DNA of 61,091 nucleotides from Stramenopiles sp. TOSAG23-3 (lineage: Eukaryota). Position numbers and translations under genes: made by a program. The stretch lies in NCBI GenBank assembly GCA_900128585.1, contig LT642155.1, positions 1-61,091 of the forward strand, given 5' to 3'. Positions 1 to 11,655 of the stretch are shown in pieces (position 1 is the stretch's first letter; the number at the start of each line of letters is the position of its first letter). Under the pieces are notes generated by a model. That model had not been told where the DNA came from and did no database searches. It saw only the letters and a list, made by a program, of their open reading frames with translations.

Positions 1-454
1 TCGTTTGAAATAGTTAGCACAAAGTTGTTTACCATTTTTCAATTCCGCGCCAAAGATACTTGCATCCTTGCTCTCGTCGAAACGTCTCCCTTGAAAAAAT
101 AATAGAATCATAGAATAGTATACTAATAAATGTACTTGTTTTACCTATATAATAATTTATTCCTAAAAACGACACCTCGTACTATTCGTAGATGATTGGG
201 AGTTCTTAAAAAATATTTTCATAAATTTTTTTAATTCGCACGCCATAAACATATTACTATCTTACGTGTTACGGATTAAAAGGGTATACGTACACACACG
301 TAACGTGTAATAAAAAACTAGAAAGCATAAGAATGTTTAAATTTTAACGTTTCCCCCTCAGCAACAAATATTTGTGCGTGTAGTATGCCACCACCATGCG
401 GCATTTCATAATTCTTTAAGTTTACATAAAACATACATGGGTGCGGGTTTCTTA

Positions 455-1726
455 TTAATTTTCCGACTGGAGGACGGCCCGTATCCCTTTGGCAAGGGCT
501 TCCTGGCTTACGGCATGCCGCTGGCCATTGCGTTCGTCCCAAGAGTTGTGCATGCCGACGACGTGGGCAGTTTTAGCGTCCATGATGGGAGCCCCACTGG
601 TTCCCCAGTACGTCCAGCAGGAATGTTTCAGTGCGCCAAACTCGCTGGCGTCCGTTCGGTCCTTGACTCGACGGTACCCGTCGACCTTGCCCGTGTTGGT
701 GGTGAACGGGATATAACCGTTTCTCCGGGGCCGCCCACTATGCTCTAAGTCCCAGTCGAACGGGTTGTGGATCGTAAAGACGGGCGCACCCTTTCGGGGC
801 GAGGCGCTTGCCACGGTAGCACAGGGCACCCCGTCGGGGACCTGGTGGGGCGTCGGCGGCCGTTCGTCGCCGCCTGGGCCGCTGTAGCAGAGGATCTCGC
901 ACACGGCAACGTCCATCCGTTCGGAGCTGTATATACACTTTACAAGACCCCACGCCCCATTTCCCCATACGATAATCTTGTGTCGGCCCACGCGCTCGAT
1001 GGGGCGCGCGTGGCCGTCTCCTTGGCCCCTCTCCTTCTCGTCGTCGTCGTCGTCGTCGGCCGCAATGCAATGGGCGCAGGTCAGCACGTGGTACCCTTGC
1101 CCGTCCCCCTTCGCCTGGATGACGCAGCCGCTCCCGCTCGGCACGATGTGAATGCAGGCATCGTACGCTTTCTGAACCATGGCTTTGTCCCGGCTTATTT
1201 TCAGCGCGTCCCGGTTCGCTTTTATTTTAGTGTCCAGAACGCTCTGCCGAAACACGTGAGCTTCCTTCTTTGAATTCTCAAGGGCCGCTTCCAGGTCTCC
1301 GCGGTGCTGGCTCCGAACGTCCTGCCACGCCCGCTCGTAGTTGAAAAACCTTGCGAACCGTTTCAGCTGGCTTAACGGGGGCTTTCGGCGGCGCTGCCCC
1401 CCCTTCTTCCGCTTTTTCTGTAGCTGTTCACTGTCGTCTGCTTCTCCCCCGGTCACGAACTTCCAAAATTCCAAGGCGTCCTTGCTGGCTTTTTCAACGC
1501 ATTTGTTGGGGGGGGCGCGGTTCGACGCCGCCGTAGCGTCGTTCCGCCCCGCCGTCAGCAGCCTCGCTTTCTTGGCCGTTCTCTCCTCCTGATGCCTTGG
1601 GGATGGCGGGCCATTGCATACAATAACTCGGCCCAACTTCTTTTCCATCCGTTGTTTCAATGTCAGGTTTAAGTTCAACGGGGAGGACATTTTTCTTTCA
1701 ATCCCGTCGTCCAAACTTCGTTTCAT
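455..1726 (-). CDS. Trypsin-like serine peptidase with a basic N-terminal extension, no signal peptide
   Basis: 423-aa ORF with triad-like motifs VLTCAHC (His), MDVAV (Asp) and TYWGTSGAPI (Ser). Basic NLS-like tract KKRKKGGQRRRK. Confidence 0.75.
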   Translation of the reverse strand: MKRSLDDGIERKMSSPLNLNLTLKQRMEKKLGRVIVCNGPPSPRHQEERTAKKARLLTAGRNDATAASNRAPPNKCVEKASKDALEFWKFVTGGEADDSEQLQKKRKKGGQRRRKPPLSQLKRFARFFNYERAWQDVRSQHRGDLEAALENSKKEAHVFRQSVLDTKIKANRDALKISRDKAMVQKAYDACIHIVPSGSGCVIQAKGDGQGYHVLTCAHCIAADDDDDDEKERGQGDGHARPIERVGRHKIIVWGNGAWGLVKCIYSSERMDVAVCEILCYSGPGGDERPPTPHQVPDGVPCATVASASPRKGAPVFTIHNPFDWDLEHSGRPRRNGYIPFTTNTGKVDGYRRVKDRTDASEFGALKHSCWTYWGTSGAPIMDAKTAHVVGMHNSWDERNGQRHAVSQEALAKGIRAVLQSEN

Positions 1727-2751
1727 AGTTTTAAGTATACAAAGGGGGGCAGGGGGGGGGGACGGAGTCTTTCCCTGATGCGTGTTCTTCCTGTATTATC
1801 TTATCGCACGATGCGAGGACGGACAAACCGAAAAGAAAAGAACAATATAGAAAACAGGTAGGAGGGTAGATAAATAAAATATGTAAACTCTTTCTTTCTT
1901 TCTTCCACATCTCTACTTGAAATGTGAAAGATAAAATTCATTTCAAATAAAAAAAGAAGCTTGAGTTGAGTTTGCTTTATTTAAGATAGAATATACCGGC
2001 GGAGAAGAACGGAGCGAGACAGAGGAGTACTTGTCTTCTTCTTCTTCTTTTTTTTTATTAAAAAAAAAACAACAACTATAAATACCACCCAATGCACCTA
2101 TTTGTATAGGTATATTAATTCGAACTTATAAGTACAACTTGTTCCCTTCTTCTTCTCTTATCCTTCTCCAATTCCATAGTTTTGGTTTGATTTCCTTTTT
2201 TTCCCTCCACATTTCAATTTATAATATTTTTTTCTAATAATCTCTCCTTTGATTTCCATAGTAGTACGAGGCGAGGTGCTCCATTGATTTGTTTACTTAA
2301 AGTCTATTTAAATATAGTATTCTAATTAAGTATATAAAATCATTAATATTATTATTATTATTGAGCTTTGTTTGTATTTTCAAATTTGTTTTTCTTTTTT
2401 CTTCTATTCTATTCCTATATATAATGTACGAAGAAAGATACGGAGAATGGAAAGGAAGAAAGTAAAAAGAAGAAAGAAAGTAAAAGAAAGAAAGTATAAT
2501 AAAGAGGAGATAGAAAAAAAGGCTAAAATATAAATAAATAATTAGAAAGAAGAAAAGGAATAGAGAATAGAAATCGAAATAAAGAATAGGAAATTGAATT
2601 TGAAAGAATTTGGTAGTTCCTTTCTTTAGTTCTTTTCTTTAGTTCTTTATTGTTTCTATAGTTTAGTATAGTAGGAAGAAGGTTGAATTCGTTTGTTTTG
2701 TTAGGTACCACCCCATCACTACGCTTTGTTCGCCACACACGACGGCGACAT

Positions 2752-5025
2752 ATGGACATTGAACAATTGCTTGGGGACGGTCCTGGCCGTAACCTTGGGA
2801 AGGTCGTGTCGTACGATGACGACAAGGCCAAGTGCATGCGGTTTATAGAAGATTTTGTCACCTCCGACACGCACGTCCACAAGTACATGGTCAAGCTCCA
2901 GGAGATCGCCAACCGGACGACGACGAGGATGAAGATCTCCCTGGACGACGTCATGAACTTCGAAGGGGACGCCGACTTTGTGGAGAGCATCGCGAGCAAT
3001 ACAGTACGCTACCTGGAAGTATTTTCGCAGGCCATCGACGAGGTCATGCCGGAGCCGAGCGACGGGGTAGAGATCACAGAGGACGTCCTCGACACCCTCC
3101 AGGCGCAGCGGATGCACACGGAGGCCACGATGGAGGCCCAGTCGCGGGACCACGGGGCGGACGGGGGGGCGGCGGGGGGGCCGGGGGGGGTCGACCCGAA
3201 CAGCATTCGGGACCGGTTCCCCCCGGCGCTCCTGCGCCGGTACGAGCTGAGCCTCCTCCCCCTCGTCAAGGTGACCGCCTCCTCCCTCCGGGGCCTGTCC
3301 GCGACCCAGATCGGGGGGAGCGTCCGGATCCAGGGGATCGTCACCCGGGTCTCCGGCGTCAAGCCCATGGTCAGCATCGCGACCTACTCCTGCGACACCT
3401 GCGGGTTCGAGATCTACCAGGAGGTCAAGACCCGGACCTTCATGCCGCTGACCATGTGCCCGTCCCAGGACTGCCAGCAGAACAACTCGGCCGGGAAGCT
3501 CTACATGCATACCCGCGGGTCCAAGTTCGTCAAGTACCAGGAGATGAAAATCCAGGAGCTCCCCAACCAGGTCCCCGTCGGTCACATCCCGAGGAGCATG
3601 ACCGTCATCGCCCGGGGGAGCCTGACCCGGGAGGTCACCGCGGGGGAGATCGTCACCATCACCGGCGTCTTCCTCCCGACCCCCTTCGTCGGCTTCCGCG
3701 CCATCCGGGCCGGGCTGATCGCCGACACGTACGTCGAGGCCATGGACCTCGAGCTGGCGAAGAAGAACTACGACGATTACGAGATCTCCGAGGAGATGCA
3801 GGAGCTCGTCGAGGCCGCCGCGGAGGACCCGAACATCTACTCCAAGCTGTCGCGCTCCATCGCCCCCGAAATTTTTGGACACGACGACGTGAAGAAGGCC
3901 ATGCTCCTCCAGCTCGTCGGCGGGGTCACCCGGCAGATGACGGACGGGCTGCGGATCCGCGGGGATATCAACATCCTCCTCATGGGGGACCCCGGGGTCG
4001 CCAAGTCCCAGCTCCTCAAGCACATCTGCCAGATCGCCCCGCGGTGCGTGTACACGACCGGGAAAGGGAGCAGTGGCGTCGGCCTTACCGCGGCCATCAT
4101 GAAGGACCCCGTGACCGGGGAAATGGCCCTCGAGGGCGGGGCCCTCGTCCTCGCGGACATGGGAATCTGCTGCATCGACGAGTTCGACAAGATGGAGGAC
4201 GGGGACCGGACCGCGATCCACGAGGTCATGGAACAGCAGACCGTTTCGATCGCGAAGGCCGGGATCACCACCACCCTGAACGCCCGGACGGCGATCCTCG
4301 CGGCCGCGAACCCCCTCTACGGCCGCTACAACCGCCGGAAGACCCCGACCGAGAACGTCAACCTCCCGGCCGCGCTCCTCTCCCGTTTCGACCTCCTCTT
4401 TTTGATCTTGGACAAGGCCGACATCGACGCGGACACGTCCCTGGCCCGGCACGTCACCTTTGTACATCAAAACAACCGGCACCCGGAGCTCGACTTCGAG
4501 CCCCTCAGTCCGAAATTCATCCGCGCGTATATTAGTCAAGTTAGGCAGCTGGAACCCTGCGTCCCGCCCGAGCTAACCTCCTACATCGTCCAGGCGTACG
4601 TCGACATGCGGGCCCGGGACGCGGAGAACGCCCGGGACGCGGGTCAGCAGAGCGTCATGACCGCCCGGCAGCTCCTGTCCATCCTTCGCCTATCCCAAGC
4701 GCTCGCGCGGCTCCGCTTCAGCCGAAAGGTCCGCCACGAGGACGTCGAGGAGGCGATCCGCTTGGTTCACATGTGCAAGGCCGCGCTCATGGAGGAGGAA
4801 GAGTTCACCGGGGAGGATGCCACCACGCGCGTCTACTCCATCATACGGGACTACGCGACGGAGCGCGGGGAAACCACCATCAACTACGCCGCGGTAGAAA
4901 GGACATTGCTCACGAAAGGGTTCACGCAGGACCAGATCGAGAGCTGCCTCGACGAGTACGAGAGCATTGACGTCTGGAAAGTCAATGCCAGTCGCACCCA
5001 GATAGCCTTTGTCAACGCAATGTAG
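2752..5025 (+). CDS. MCM7: DNA replication licensing factor MCM7
   Basis: Zinc finger CDTC...CPSQDC, Walker A GDPGVAKSQ, Walker B IDEFDK and arginine finger SRFD. MCM7-typical QVPVGHIPRSM and SIAPEIFGH. First ATG at 2752. Confidence 0.95.
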   Translation: MDIEQLLGDGPGRNLGKVVSYDDDKAKCMRFIEDFVTSDTHVHKYMVKLQEIANRTTTRMKISLDDVMNFEGDADFVESIASNTVRYLEVFSQAIDEVMPEPSDGVEITEDVLDTLQAQRMHTEATMEAQSRDHGADGGAAGGPGGVDPNSIRDRFPPALLRRYELSLLPLVKVTASSLRGLSATQIGGSVRIQGIVTRVSGVKPMVSIATYSCDTCGFEIYQEVKTRTFMPLTMCPSQDCQQNNSAGKLYMHTRGSKFVKYQEMKIQELPNQVPVGHIPRSMTVIARGSLTREVTAGEIVTITGVFLPTPFVGFRAIRAGLIADTYVEAMDLELAKKNYDDYEISEEMQELVEAAAEDPNIYSKLSRSIAPEIFGHDDVKKAMLLQLVGGVTRQMTDGLRIRGDINILLMGDPGVAKSQLLKHICQIAPRCVYTTGKGSSGVGLTAAIMKDPVTGEMALEGGALVLADMGICCIDEFDKMEDGDRTAIHEVMEQQTVSIAKAGITTTLNARTAILAAANPLYGRYNRRKTPTENVNLPAALLSRFDLLFLILDKADIDADTSLARHVTFVHQNNRHPELDFEPLSPKFIRAYISQVRQLEPCVPPELTSYIVQAYVDMRARDAENARDAGQQSVMTARQLLSILRLSQALARLRFSRKVRHEDVEEAIRLVHMCKAALMEEEEFTGEDATTRVYSIIRDYATERGETTINYAAVERTLLTKGFTQDQIESCLDEYESIDVWKVNASRTQIAFVNAM

Positions 5026-5043
5026 GGGGCACACACACATTTT

Positions 5044-5193
5044 TTAAAAACAAAAAATTTGCTGTAATTTAAGTAATGAGAAAAGATAAGTTCGCAGTAC
5101 ATGAAGGAATGTAAACAATGTCTAAATCTAGAGTTCAGCTCGCAGTACATTAATTTTAATTACTTAAATAACAGCCAATTTTCTTGTTTTTAA
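5044..5193. mobile_element. ~150-bp MITE-like element with ~32-bp imperfect terminal inverted repeats
   Basis: 5046-5077 AAAAACAAAAAATTTGCTGTAATTTAAGTAAT matches the reverse complement of 5159-5191 (AAAAACAAGAAAATTGGCTGTTATTTAAGTAAT) with 1 gap and 2 mismatches. TTAA overlaps both ends. The body recurs inverted at ~15077-15192. Confidence 0.65.
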
Positions 5194-5645
5194 TTATATT
5201 TTTAATTTGTGTTCCTTGACTCTTGACCTACCTTGGTACTTTACAAAAAAGGGTAACGTACACACCCTTTTCGTCCTTAATGTTGACCCCGCCCGCCCGC
5301 CGCATGGATGGTGTGTTGGTATTTAGGCTATATAACATAAAATAATAATATATAAAAATTTCAATTTTTTTTTTTTTGTCTTCTAATTATTATATCCTTG
5401 GTATAATAAATAAAAAAATGCATCGCAGGATGTATGTGTGCACATAAACAGAAGCCCATCATAAAAGATCTAAAAGCAGACGAACGTGGCATGCATTCAA
5501 ATGCCTTCGTCAGTAGGAATTAAACTACACTTCTGGTCGCGCTGTTCGTTCAAGGCTGGCAAAAGCGCTCGAGGTGAAAAGGCCAGGGCAAAGGCGAACG
5601 TTGCCTGGGACGTTGGTTGAGAAGAGTAATTAGTTCCCTGCCGCC

Positions 5646-6812
5646 ATGTCTGCGATAGCAAGGAGCAACAGTATCTCCGAGTTGGGCGAAAACCTTGGGT
5701 TCGACCAATCGGTCGTTCGGGAAGCGGAGGAGGTATGCAATGGAAACCCCTCGTACGACGTTTGTGGCACTCTGATATTTTTCAACAACATGAAAGGCCT
5801 GTTTCAGCGCGGAGAGATTACGAGCGATACGTGCGACGTCGTCAAGCATTTAATGAAAGTCGGCGCAAACGCAGATGCGAACAACTATCTGACGTCGACG
5901 GTGGAGAGATCAGACCGAAACCGTGGGGGTAGGGGCGGGGGAGTGGCCACAAGCATGGACGTGGACGACCGCCTTCAGACCGACGCGATGATTGCCAGTT
6001 TGCTGAGCAAACAATCGGGGGAGGAAGTTGGCGGCGGTGGTGGCCGCAGTATCAGCGACCGTGCGCCACAGCGAAGGGATCGGAGACATGCCCAAATCAC
6101 GTCCGACGCCGAGCTAGCTCGGCGGCTGTCTGAGCAGCCGCCAACACCAGAACCGGTGGCGGGGCGCCGGGCAAGCTCGCGGGGCGGCGTACAAGAAGTG
6201 CAGCCAAGCAAATTTCTCCGTGTGGGCGATGGCACTGGGGGTGGCAATCGCCGGGCGGCCCGGCAGGCGAGGGGGTTCGGCTCGGGCAGTTCCCGTTTCG
6301 TCGGATCAGAATCGCGCCCCGCCCGTCGTATTGGCAATGCAGACAAGGAACGACAGCGGGGCGGGCGTTCAAGGCGTGTACAACGGCGAGCTGCAGCTGT
6401 TGCAGGGTTGGCCGGACGAAGGCAAAGAGAAGGGCGTTCTCAGCGCTTCGATCCAAGGCGAAACCGTGGGGGCGTGGCAATGGAAGGGGACGATGGGATC
6501 GACCTGAACAATTACGAACAGCTCCTTGCATTGGACGAGAATCGGGTGAAAGTCCCATTAGGGGTAGAGTCCGTTAGTCGTTTTCCGGTGGTAAAGTACA
6601 GTGCACGGGGCTCGGAAAAAGAAACCGATGGACCAAACAAAACCTCTGATGAAGATAAGAATTGTCCCATATGCATGTGTGATTTTGAGGAAGGGGATGA
6701 ACTTCGCATTCTTCCATGCTTTCATAAATTTCATACCAATTGTATTGATCAATGGTTGTGTAATGAATCCAAAGTTTGTCCAATCTGTCGTGCAACTCTC
6801 AACGTGGTGTAA
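5646..6812 (+). CDS. RING-H2 E3 ubiquitin ligase-like protein
   Basis: C-terminal CPIC...LPCFHKFHTNCIDQWL...CPIC RING-H2 preceded by the YEQLLAL motif. UIM-like SDAELARRL; RG-rich disordered middle. Confidence 0.85.
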   Translation: MSAIARSNSISELGENLGFDQSVVREAEEVCNGNPSYDVCGTLIFFNNMKGLFQRGEITSDTCDVVKHLMKVGANADANNYLTSTVERSDRNRGGRGGGVATSMDVDDRLQTDAMIASLLSKQSGEEVGGGGGRSISDRAPQRRDRRHAQITSDAELARRLSEQPPTPEPVAGRRASSRGGVQEVQPSKFLRVGDGTGGGNRRAARQARGFGSGSSRFVGSESRPARRIGNADKERQRGGRSRRVQRRAAAVAGLAGRRQREGRSQRFDPRRNRGGVAMEGDDGIDLNNYEQLLALDENRVKVPLGVESVSRFPVVKYSARGSEKETDGPNKTSDEDKNCPICMCDFEEGDELRILPCFHKFHTNCIDQWLCNESKVCPICRATLNVV

Positions 6813-6939
6813 ATAAAATAAAAACAATAGATACCTAAAAATTGATATTATCATTACATTATTAATAGAATTAATTGAATTCATTCAATAAGGATTATAA
6901 TATTCATAAATTGAAAATGTTGGCGCAGCACGATTTTAC

Positions 6940-7235
6940 TTCTTCTTTCTTTGTTTCTTTCTTCTTTCTTTCTTTGTTTCTTTGTTTCTTTGTTTCTTTC
7001 TTCTTTCTTCTTTCTTCTTTCTTCTTTCTTCTTTCTTCTTTCTTTGTTTCTTTCTTCTTTCTTTCTTTGTTTCTTTGTTTCTTTCTTCTTTCTTCTTTCT
7101 TCTTTCTTCTTTCTTCTTTCTTCTTTCTTCTTTCTTCTTTCTTCTTTCTTCTTTCTTTCTTTCTTCTTTCTTCTTTCTTCTTTCTTCTTTCTTCTTTCTT
7201 CTTTCTTCTTTCTTCTTTTTCTTCTTTCTTCTTCT
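6940..7235. repeat. Polypyrimidine (TTC/TTTC) low-complexity microsatellite
   Basis: ~300 bp made almost entirely of TTC/TTTC units. Confidence 0.95.
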
Positions 7236-7423
7236 GTGGTGGTTTAAACGATGATGAAGCGCTCATTTATTATTTGTTCGTCCCGTGGTGGTTAAAATGA
7301 ACACTGTTTTGATTTCTTGTGGAATAATGGGAAGGAAGGCTTGCTTGATTCATTTTGTGTGTTTTGGCTTGTTTGTTTTGTTTCGTTGATTTATATCCTT
7401 TCGGTTCTACATACAACGACGGC

Positions 7424-7831
7424 ATGTTGAAGAGTGGCAGTACGGTACGAACGGTGCTCGGCGCAGCCCGGTCCATGGGCCGACGTGGTCCTTCCGTGAA
7501 GACGCAGTTCCGTTGCTTTGGTCGAGTTAGTAAATTAGAAGGAGGCGATCGTGATGCTAAGATTTCTCCGTTGGTTGATCAAGGTTGGAAGGTTCAGGGC
7601 GATCGCGATGCGATACAAAAAACGTTTGAGTTTGTTAACTTTTCGCAAGCGTGGGCGTTCATGTCCCGGTCCGCGCTCTTGGCCGAGCAGATGGACCACC
7701 ACCCGGAGTGGTTCAACGTGTACAACCGCGTCGAGGTGACGCTGTCGACGCACGACTGCGGTGGCCTTAGTGACAACGATGTGAACATGGCGACGGAGAT
7801 GGAGGCGTTTGCAAAGGCCACGTTCCATTGA
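7424..7831 (+). CDS. PCBD: Pterin-4-alpha-carbinolamine dehydratase, probably mitochondrial
   Basis: Signature [28 protein letters not shown]-rich, acid-poor N-terminus from ATG 7424. Confidence 0.92.
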   Translation: MLKSGSTVRTVLGAARSMGRRGPSVKTQFRCFGRVSKLEGGDRDAKISPLVDQGWKVQGDRDAIQKTFEFVNFSQAWAFMSRSALLAEQMDHHPEWFNVYNRVEVTLSTHDCGGLSDNDVNMATEMEAFAKATFH

Positions 7832-8086
7832 TGGGAGGAAGGAAGGAACGGAGGGGCGGCGGGACGAAACGCTACGTGGTACGCAGAGACAGCGTGGGTT
7901 GACGCTGTGTGGTGCGCGCGAGGGAACTTGCAAAGTTTCTTGTGTTCTTCTATTTTGATAAAACGCCAATTTCCAATTTTAACTTTAAAAAAAAAGACTA
8001 TGTATTCTATTATGTTACTGTTCTACGTACGCGTTTGTATGTGAAAAGCCATGCCACTAGCGTTCAAGTGTAGTGAGCATACAAAC

Positions 8087-8428
8087 TTAGGCGCTGGTGA
8101 ATTTGGTGACGGCTTTGGTACCCTCGGAAACGGCGTGCTTGGCCAATTCCCCTGGAAGTACAAGTCGTACGGCGGTTTGGATTTCGCGCGAGGAAAGGGT
8201 GGCTTTTTTGTTGTACCGTACAAGTTTGCCCGCTTCTTCGGAGATCTTTCCAAAGATGTCGTTGATGAAGGAGTTCATGATGGACATTCCTTTCTTGGAC
8301 ATACCGGTGTCTGGGTGGACTTGTTTCAAAACTTTGTAGATGTAGATGGAGAAGCTCTCGGTCCTGCGGCGGCGGCGTTTGGGGGCGCTTCCTTTCTTTG
8401 CGGATTTCTTGCGTGCTACTTTGGCCAT
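8087..8428 (-). CDS. H2B: Histone H2B
   Basis: [19 protein letters not shown]...[30 protein letters not shown]. Confidence 0.98.
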   Translation of the reverse strand: MAKVARKKSAKKGSAPKRRRRRTESFSIYIYKVLKQVHPDTGMSKKGMSIMNSFINDIFGKISEEAGKLVRYNKKATLSSREIQTAVRLVLPGELAKHAVSEGTKAVTKFTSA

Positions 8429-9430
8429 ATTGATTTGTTTTTGTTTTGTTTTATATTAGTTTGTTTTTGTTTTCGTTTTGTTGCGTTTTTGTTTTTGTTT
8501 TCCTTTCTTTCCATTCTTTCTTTTCGTTTTTGAAACCATATCAACATCTCATTCAAAGAAACCCATTTCATATAGTTCTCTGCAGAGGAGTACAACACAC
8601 CACCCAGCAGAACCCAGAGGAGGAGGAGGAGGAGTGGTGCTTTTCTTTTTATTAAGAAAAAAGTGTTGTGGGTTAGAATTACATCAGCATAGCATAGGAA
8701 ATGAGTAAAACGAGAAGAAGAAATGAATGAAGGTTTAAAAAGTAAATCAAATTAAAAATAGGATGGGGATAGTATTGAAAAAAAAGTTATATATTAAATA
8801 TAATATTAAGTATATATTTACTATATAAATAAAATAAAAAAACGACTACATTATATAAGATTATATTTATATATAAAATAAATACTAAGTATAGTATTTT
8901 AATAAATATTATACCTATGTAAATAAATACTTATTATATTAATACTATACAAATTATGTTGATTACATATATTAATTTGTTTATATAAATAGGTATTAGA
9001 ATACAAAATAGTACGTAAACGTTTATGATTGGTGTAATTCTAATCTTATTTAAAATACATAGTAATAATATTAATACTATTTATATATTATTGTATTTAT
9101 ATGTTATATTTTTTATTTAATGAATGTATATTACTTTTTTATGGATATAACTTTGAAACCGTTCTTCTTCTTCCTAAATTCAATTATTTCTTCTTCTTTT
9201 CTTTCTTCTTGCTTCTTTCTTGCTTCTTTGCTTCTTCTTCACCCATCACGTAAAAAGGGGGACTCTACAGATGTACTGTAAGAATGAACGAACGATGTGT
9301 GTAATACTACACGAGGAATGGAAAAAGAAAAGAAAAGTATTGGAGAAAGAAAGAAAAGGAATTAACGAAAAAGTAATAGTAGTTAATATATATTATCAAA
9401 CGATATAAACAAAAACCAAAAACAATCATC

Positions 9431-9808
9431 ATGTCAGGAAAAGGAAAAGGAGGACGCGGAAAGAAGAAGAGCAAGAGCACGAGCCGAAGTGCCAAAGCCG
9501 GTTTGCAATTCCCAGTAGGGCGTGTTGCCCGTTACCTTCGCCAAGGCCGGGTTGCTGCCCGTATCGGTGCCGGTGCCCCAGTGTACATGGCCGCTGTATT
9601 AGAATACTTGTGCGCTGAAATATTGGAACTTGCAGGAAACGCCGCACGTGACAACAAGAAGTCTCGCATCGTGCCACGCCACATCCAACTTGCCGTCCGC
9701 AACGACGAGGAACTGAACAAACTGATGGGTGGTGTAACCATCGCATCGGGTGGTGTTCTACCCAACATCCACGCCGTTCTTCTCCCAAAAAAGAAAGGAA
9801 AGCAATAA
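9431..9808 (+). CDS. H2A: Histone H2A, canonical type with no SQ(E/D)-hydrophobic tail; divergent from H2B
   Basis: [14 protein letters not shown]...[23 protein letters not shown]...GGVLPNIH. Confidence 0.98.
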   Translation: MSGKGKGGRGKKKSKSTSRSAKAGLQFPVGRVARYLRQGRVAARIGAGAPVYMAAVLEYLCAEILELAGNAARDNKKSRIVPRHIQLAVRNDEELNKLMGGVTIASGGVLPNIHAVLLPKKKGKQ

Positions 9809-10231
9809 ACACGCACATACAATAATATACATACATACACACATATATCGATATACAAACAGAGCAAACATTTTGAATTTACTCCTTAGATTTGTTTCAT
9901 GCCGGTCGCCGACGTCGGCGGTGGTCGGGTTGTATACAAATTTATATAGGGAAAAAGATAATATTATTTTCCCTTCTTCTCGTTCGTTGTTGTTGTTGTT
10001 GTTCTTCTTCTCCTCGCCACCATCTTCAACTTTCAAAAAAACTAATTAATGGTTTTTCGCTCGTTCTTCTCACTTTTTATTTATCGCTCTTTGAAAACAC
10101 AACGATAAAAAATCTCCTTCGTATTGCTCGGCGGTGTACACGACTGTACACGTGATGTGTGCTGGTATTGTTGCGGCGTCTTGCTTTTGTTTTGTTGCGT
10201 GTGAGTTCAAAATACACTACCATTGAATCCC

Positions 10232-11518
10232 ATGTCGGCGACGCGTGCGAAGCGAAAGCTTCAAGAGAAATGGTTAAAGGCGTTGACGGGGTTGGGGAAA
10301 AAGAAGGATGAGGAGAGGATGGCATCCCCTGGCCTTCAAGCCCTCAGGAGTAGGACAGGGGTGTTAAGTACCCGAAAAAGCATGCTTTTTGATCGGTACG
10401 AGCATCGGTACATTGTGTCCTCCAAGTGGGACTGGATCACCGTGGCCGTGACCCTGTTCACCGCGATCGTTTCCCTTGGGATCGAACTAATGTACTGCTC
10501 TTCGGAGGATTTTTATCACGTGGACCCCGGCCTGAAGTACTCTTACCTCGTTTGTACATATATTTTTTCCGCCGTACCGTACGTCATGATGATCCTGAAA
10601 TCCCTGGAGGACGGTGGCGGGAGGAAGGCGGGGGCGCCGCCGCGCCGCCGCTCCCTCCTTGCCCCGCGGCGAACGGGGGTGCCCGTCCTTGGAGCGGCGT
10701 TGGTCGCCCTGGAAACACTCTTCGTCGTGCTGCTCGTCCTCCCTGTCTGGTTCTTCGTTGGGCTGGGCCTGTACGGGTCCAAGCTGATCGTCGTTACGGC
10801 CGTCGCAAAGGCGTGGTGGGGCGTCCTGTCCAAGTTCATCGGGGTACGGTACAAGTCCATAAACGATGACCTGGCCGGGCGCACCGCCCGGTTGAATACG
10901 AACGACGTCGACAACATGATGCCGATACGGGCCAGCGCAAGGAAGCCGCGGCAGCGGGGGGGGCAGCGGTCCATTGTCGACCAGATCAAGCGAAAGGCAA
11001 GCGCGCGGCAGAAACGAATGGCCGGTGGGCTCGAGCTAGCGCTGCCACGGCAAGACTTGGCCGTAGACGTCGCCCTGCTGAGCAAAATCGTCCTGGTCGA
11101 ACTGTTTGTAAAGTACGTGCCGCAGTACGCCTTGTTCTTTGTCATCAACAGCCGGTCCCTCTTCGGGGAGACCAAAGAGACGCTCACCGTGCTCAGCGCG
11201 GTGTCCCAGACCGTCATCATGGTGGGCAGCATCGTTGCGAACTGGAAGGTGTTTCGGGACAGGAAATGGGCGAGCAACTTTCAGAACATCAACTCGACAC
11301 TCGGGGGTTTGTTCGGTTCCCCGAAACCCGCCACCACGTCGTCGCGCGCGCGCATCGCAAAGACCCCGAGCCCGAAAAAGCGACGGGGAGGGGGGCGTAG
11401 AAGCCCGTCCAAGCCAAGGGCACGGATGGCGGTGAGCAGTCGCGGGGAAGCCCCGGCGACGCCGCGGACGAACGTTGTTGCACAGTCCCCAAGCCCTACA
11501 AGGAAGAAGAAGCAATAA
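10232..11518 (+). CDS. Hypothetical multi-pass membrane protein
   Basis: Long GC3-rich ORF with about 5-6 hydrophobic segments and a basic S/P-rich tail. Confidence 0.7.
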   Translation: MSATRAKRKLQEKWLKALTGLGKKKDEERMASPGLQALRSRTGVLSTRKSMLFDRYEHRYIVSSKWDWITVAVTLFTAIVSLGIELMYCSSEDFYHVDPGLKYSYLVCTYIFSAVPYVMMILKSLEDGGGRKAGAPPRRRSLLAPRRTGVPVLGAALVALETLFVVLLVLPVWFFVGLGLYGSKLIVVTAVAKAWWGVLSKFIGVRYKSINDDLAGRTARLNTNDVDNMMPIRASARKPRQRGGQRSIVDQIKRKASARQKRMAGGLELALPRQDLAVDVALLSKIVLVELFVKYVPQYALFFVINSRSLFGETKETLTVLSAVSQTVIMVGSIVANWKVFRDRKWASNFQNINSTLGGLFGSPKPATTSSRARIAKTPSPKKRRGGGRRSPSKPRARMAVSSRGEAPATPRTNVVAQSPSPTRKKKQ

Positions 11519-11655
11519 ATACATTTTTAAAAGGAAGGAGCGAGAATGTGTTCATTTTTGAAGGCTACATACTGCGCGTTCCTGTTTCTTTAGAGTCTAA
11601 TTCTAAAAAACAAATTCTTCAGTTTTAATAAAAAATGTGAGGGAACAGGGAAGAA

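Noticed and set aside
1-60. Possible minus-strand gene start (ATG at 35-33, then GTAAAC...CTAAC) with an E2F-like TTTGGCGC
   Set aside because: Truncated by the window edge; cannot be supported.
2719-4539. 606-aa antisense and 567-aa alternate-frame ORFs over MCM7
   Set aside because: Shadow ORFs expected from extreme GC3 bias; no recognisable motifs.
5151-5191. Dispersed motif as a spliced-leader RNA gene (TTTAATTAC...AG resembles nematode SL1, followed by an Sm-like AATTTT)
   Set aside because: The AG is followed by CC rather than a GT donor, and the motif also occurs as an inverted pair.
6875-7300. F/L/S-rich and K/E/R-rich ORFs (also at 46.1-46.5 kb and 51.6-52.0 kb)
   Set aside because: Translations of microsatellites.
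7990-9930. Metazoan-type histone 3' stem-loops after H2B and H2A
   Set aside because: No 6-bp stem with 4-nt loop consensus found; only a GC palindrome at ~9907-9920.
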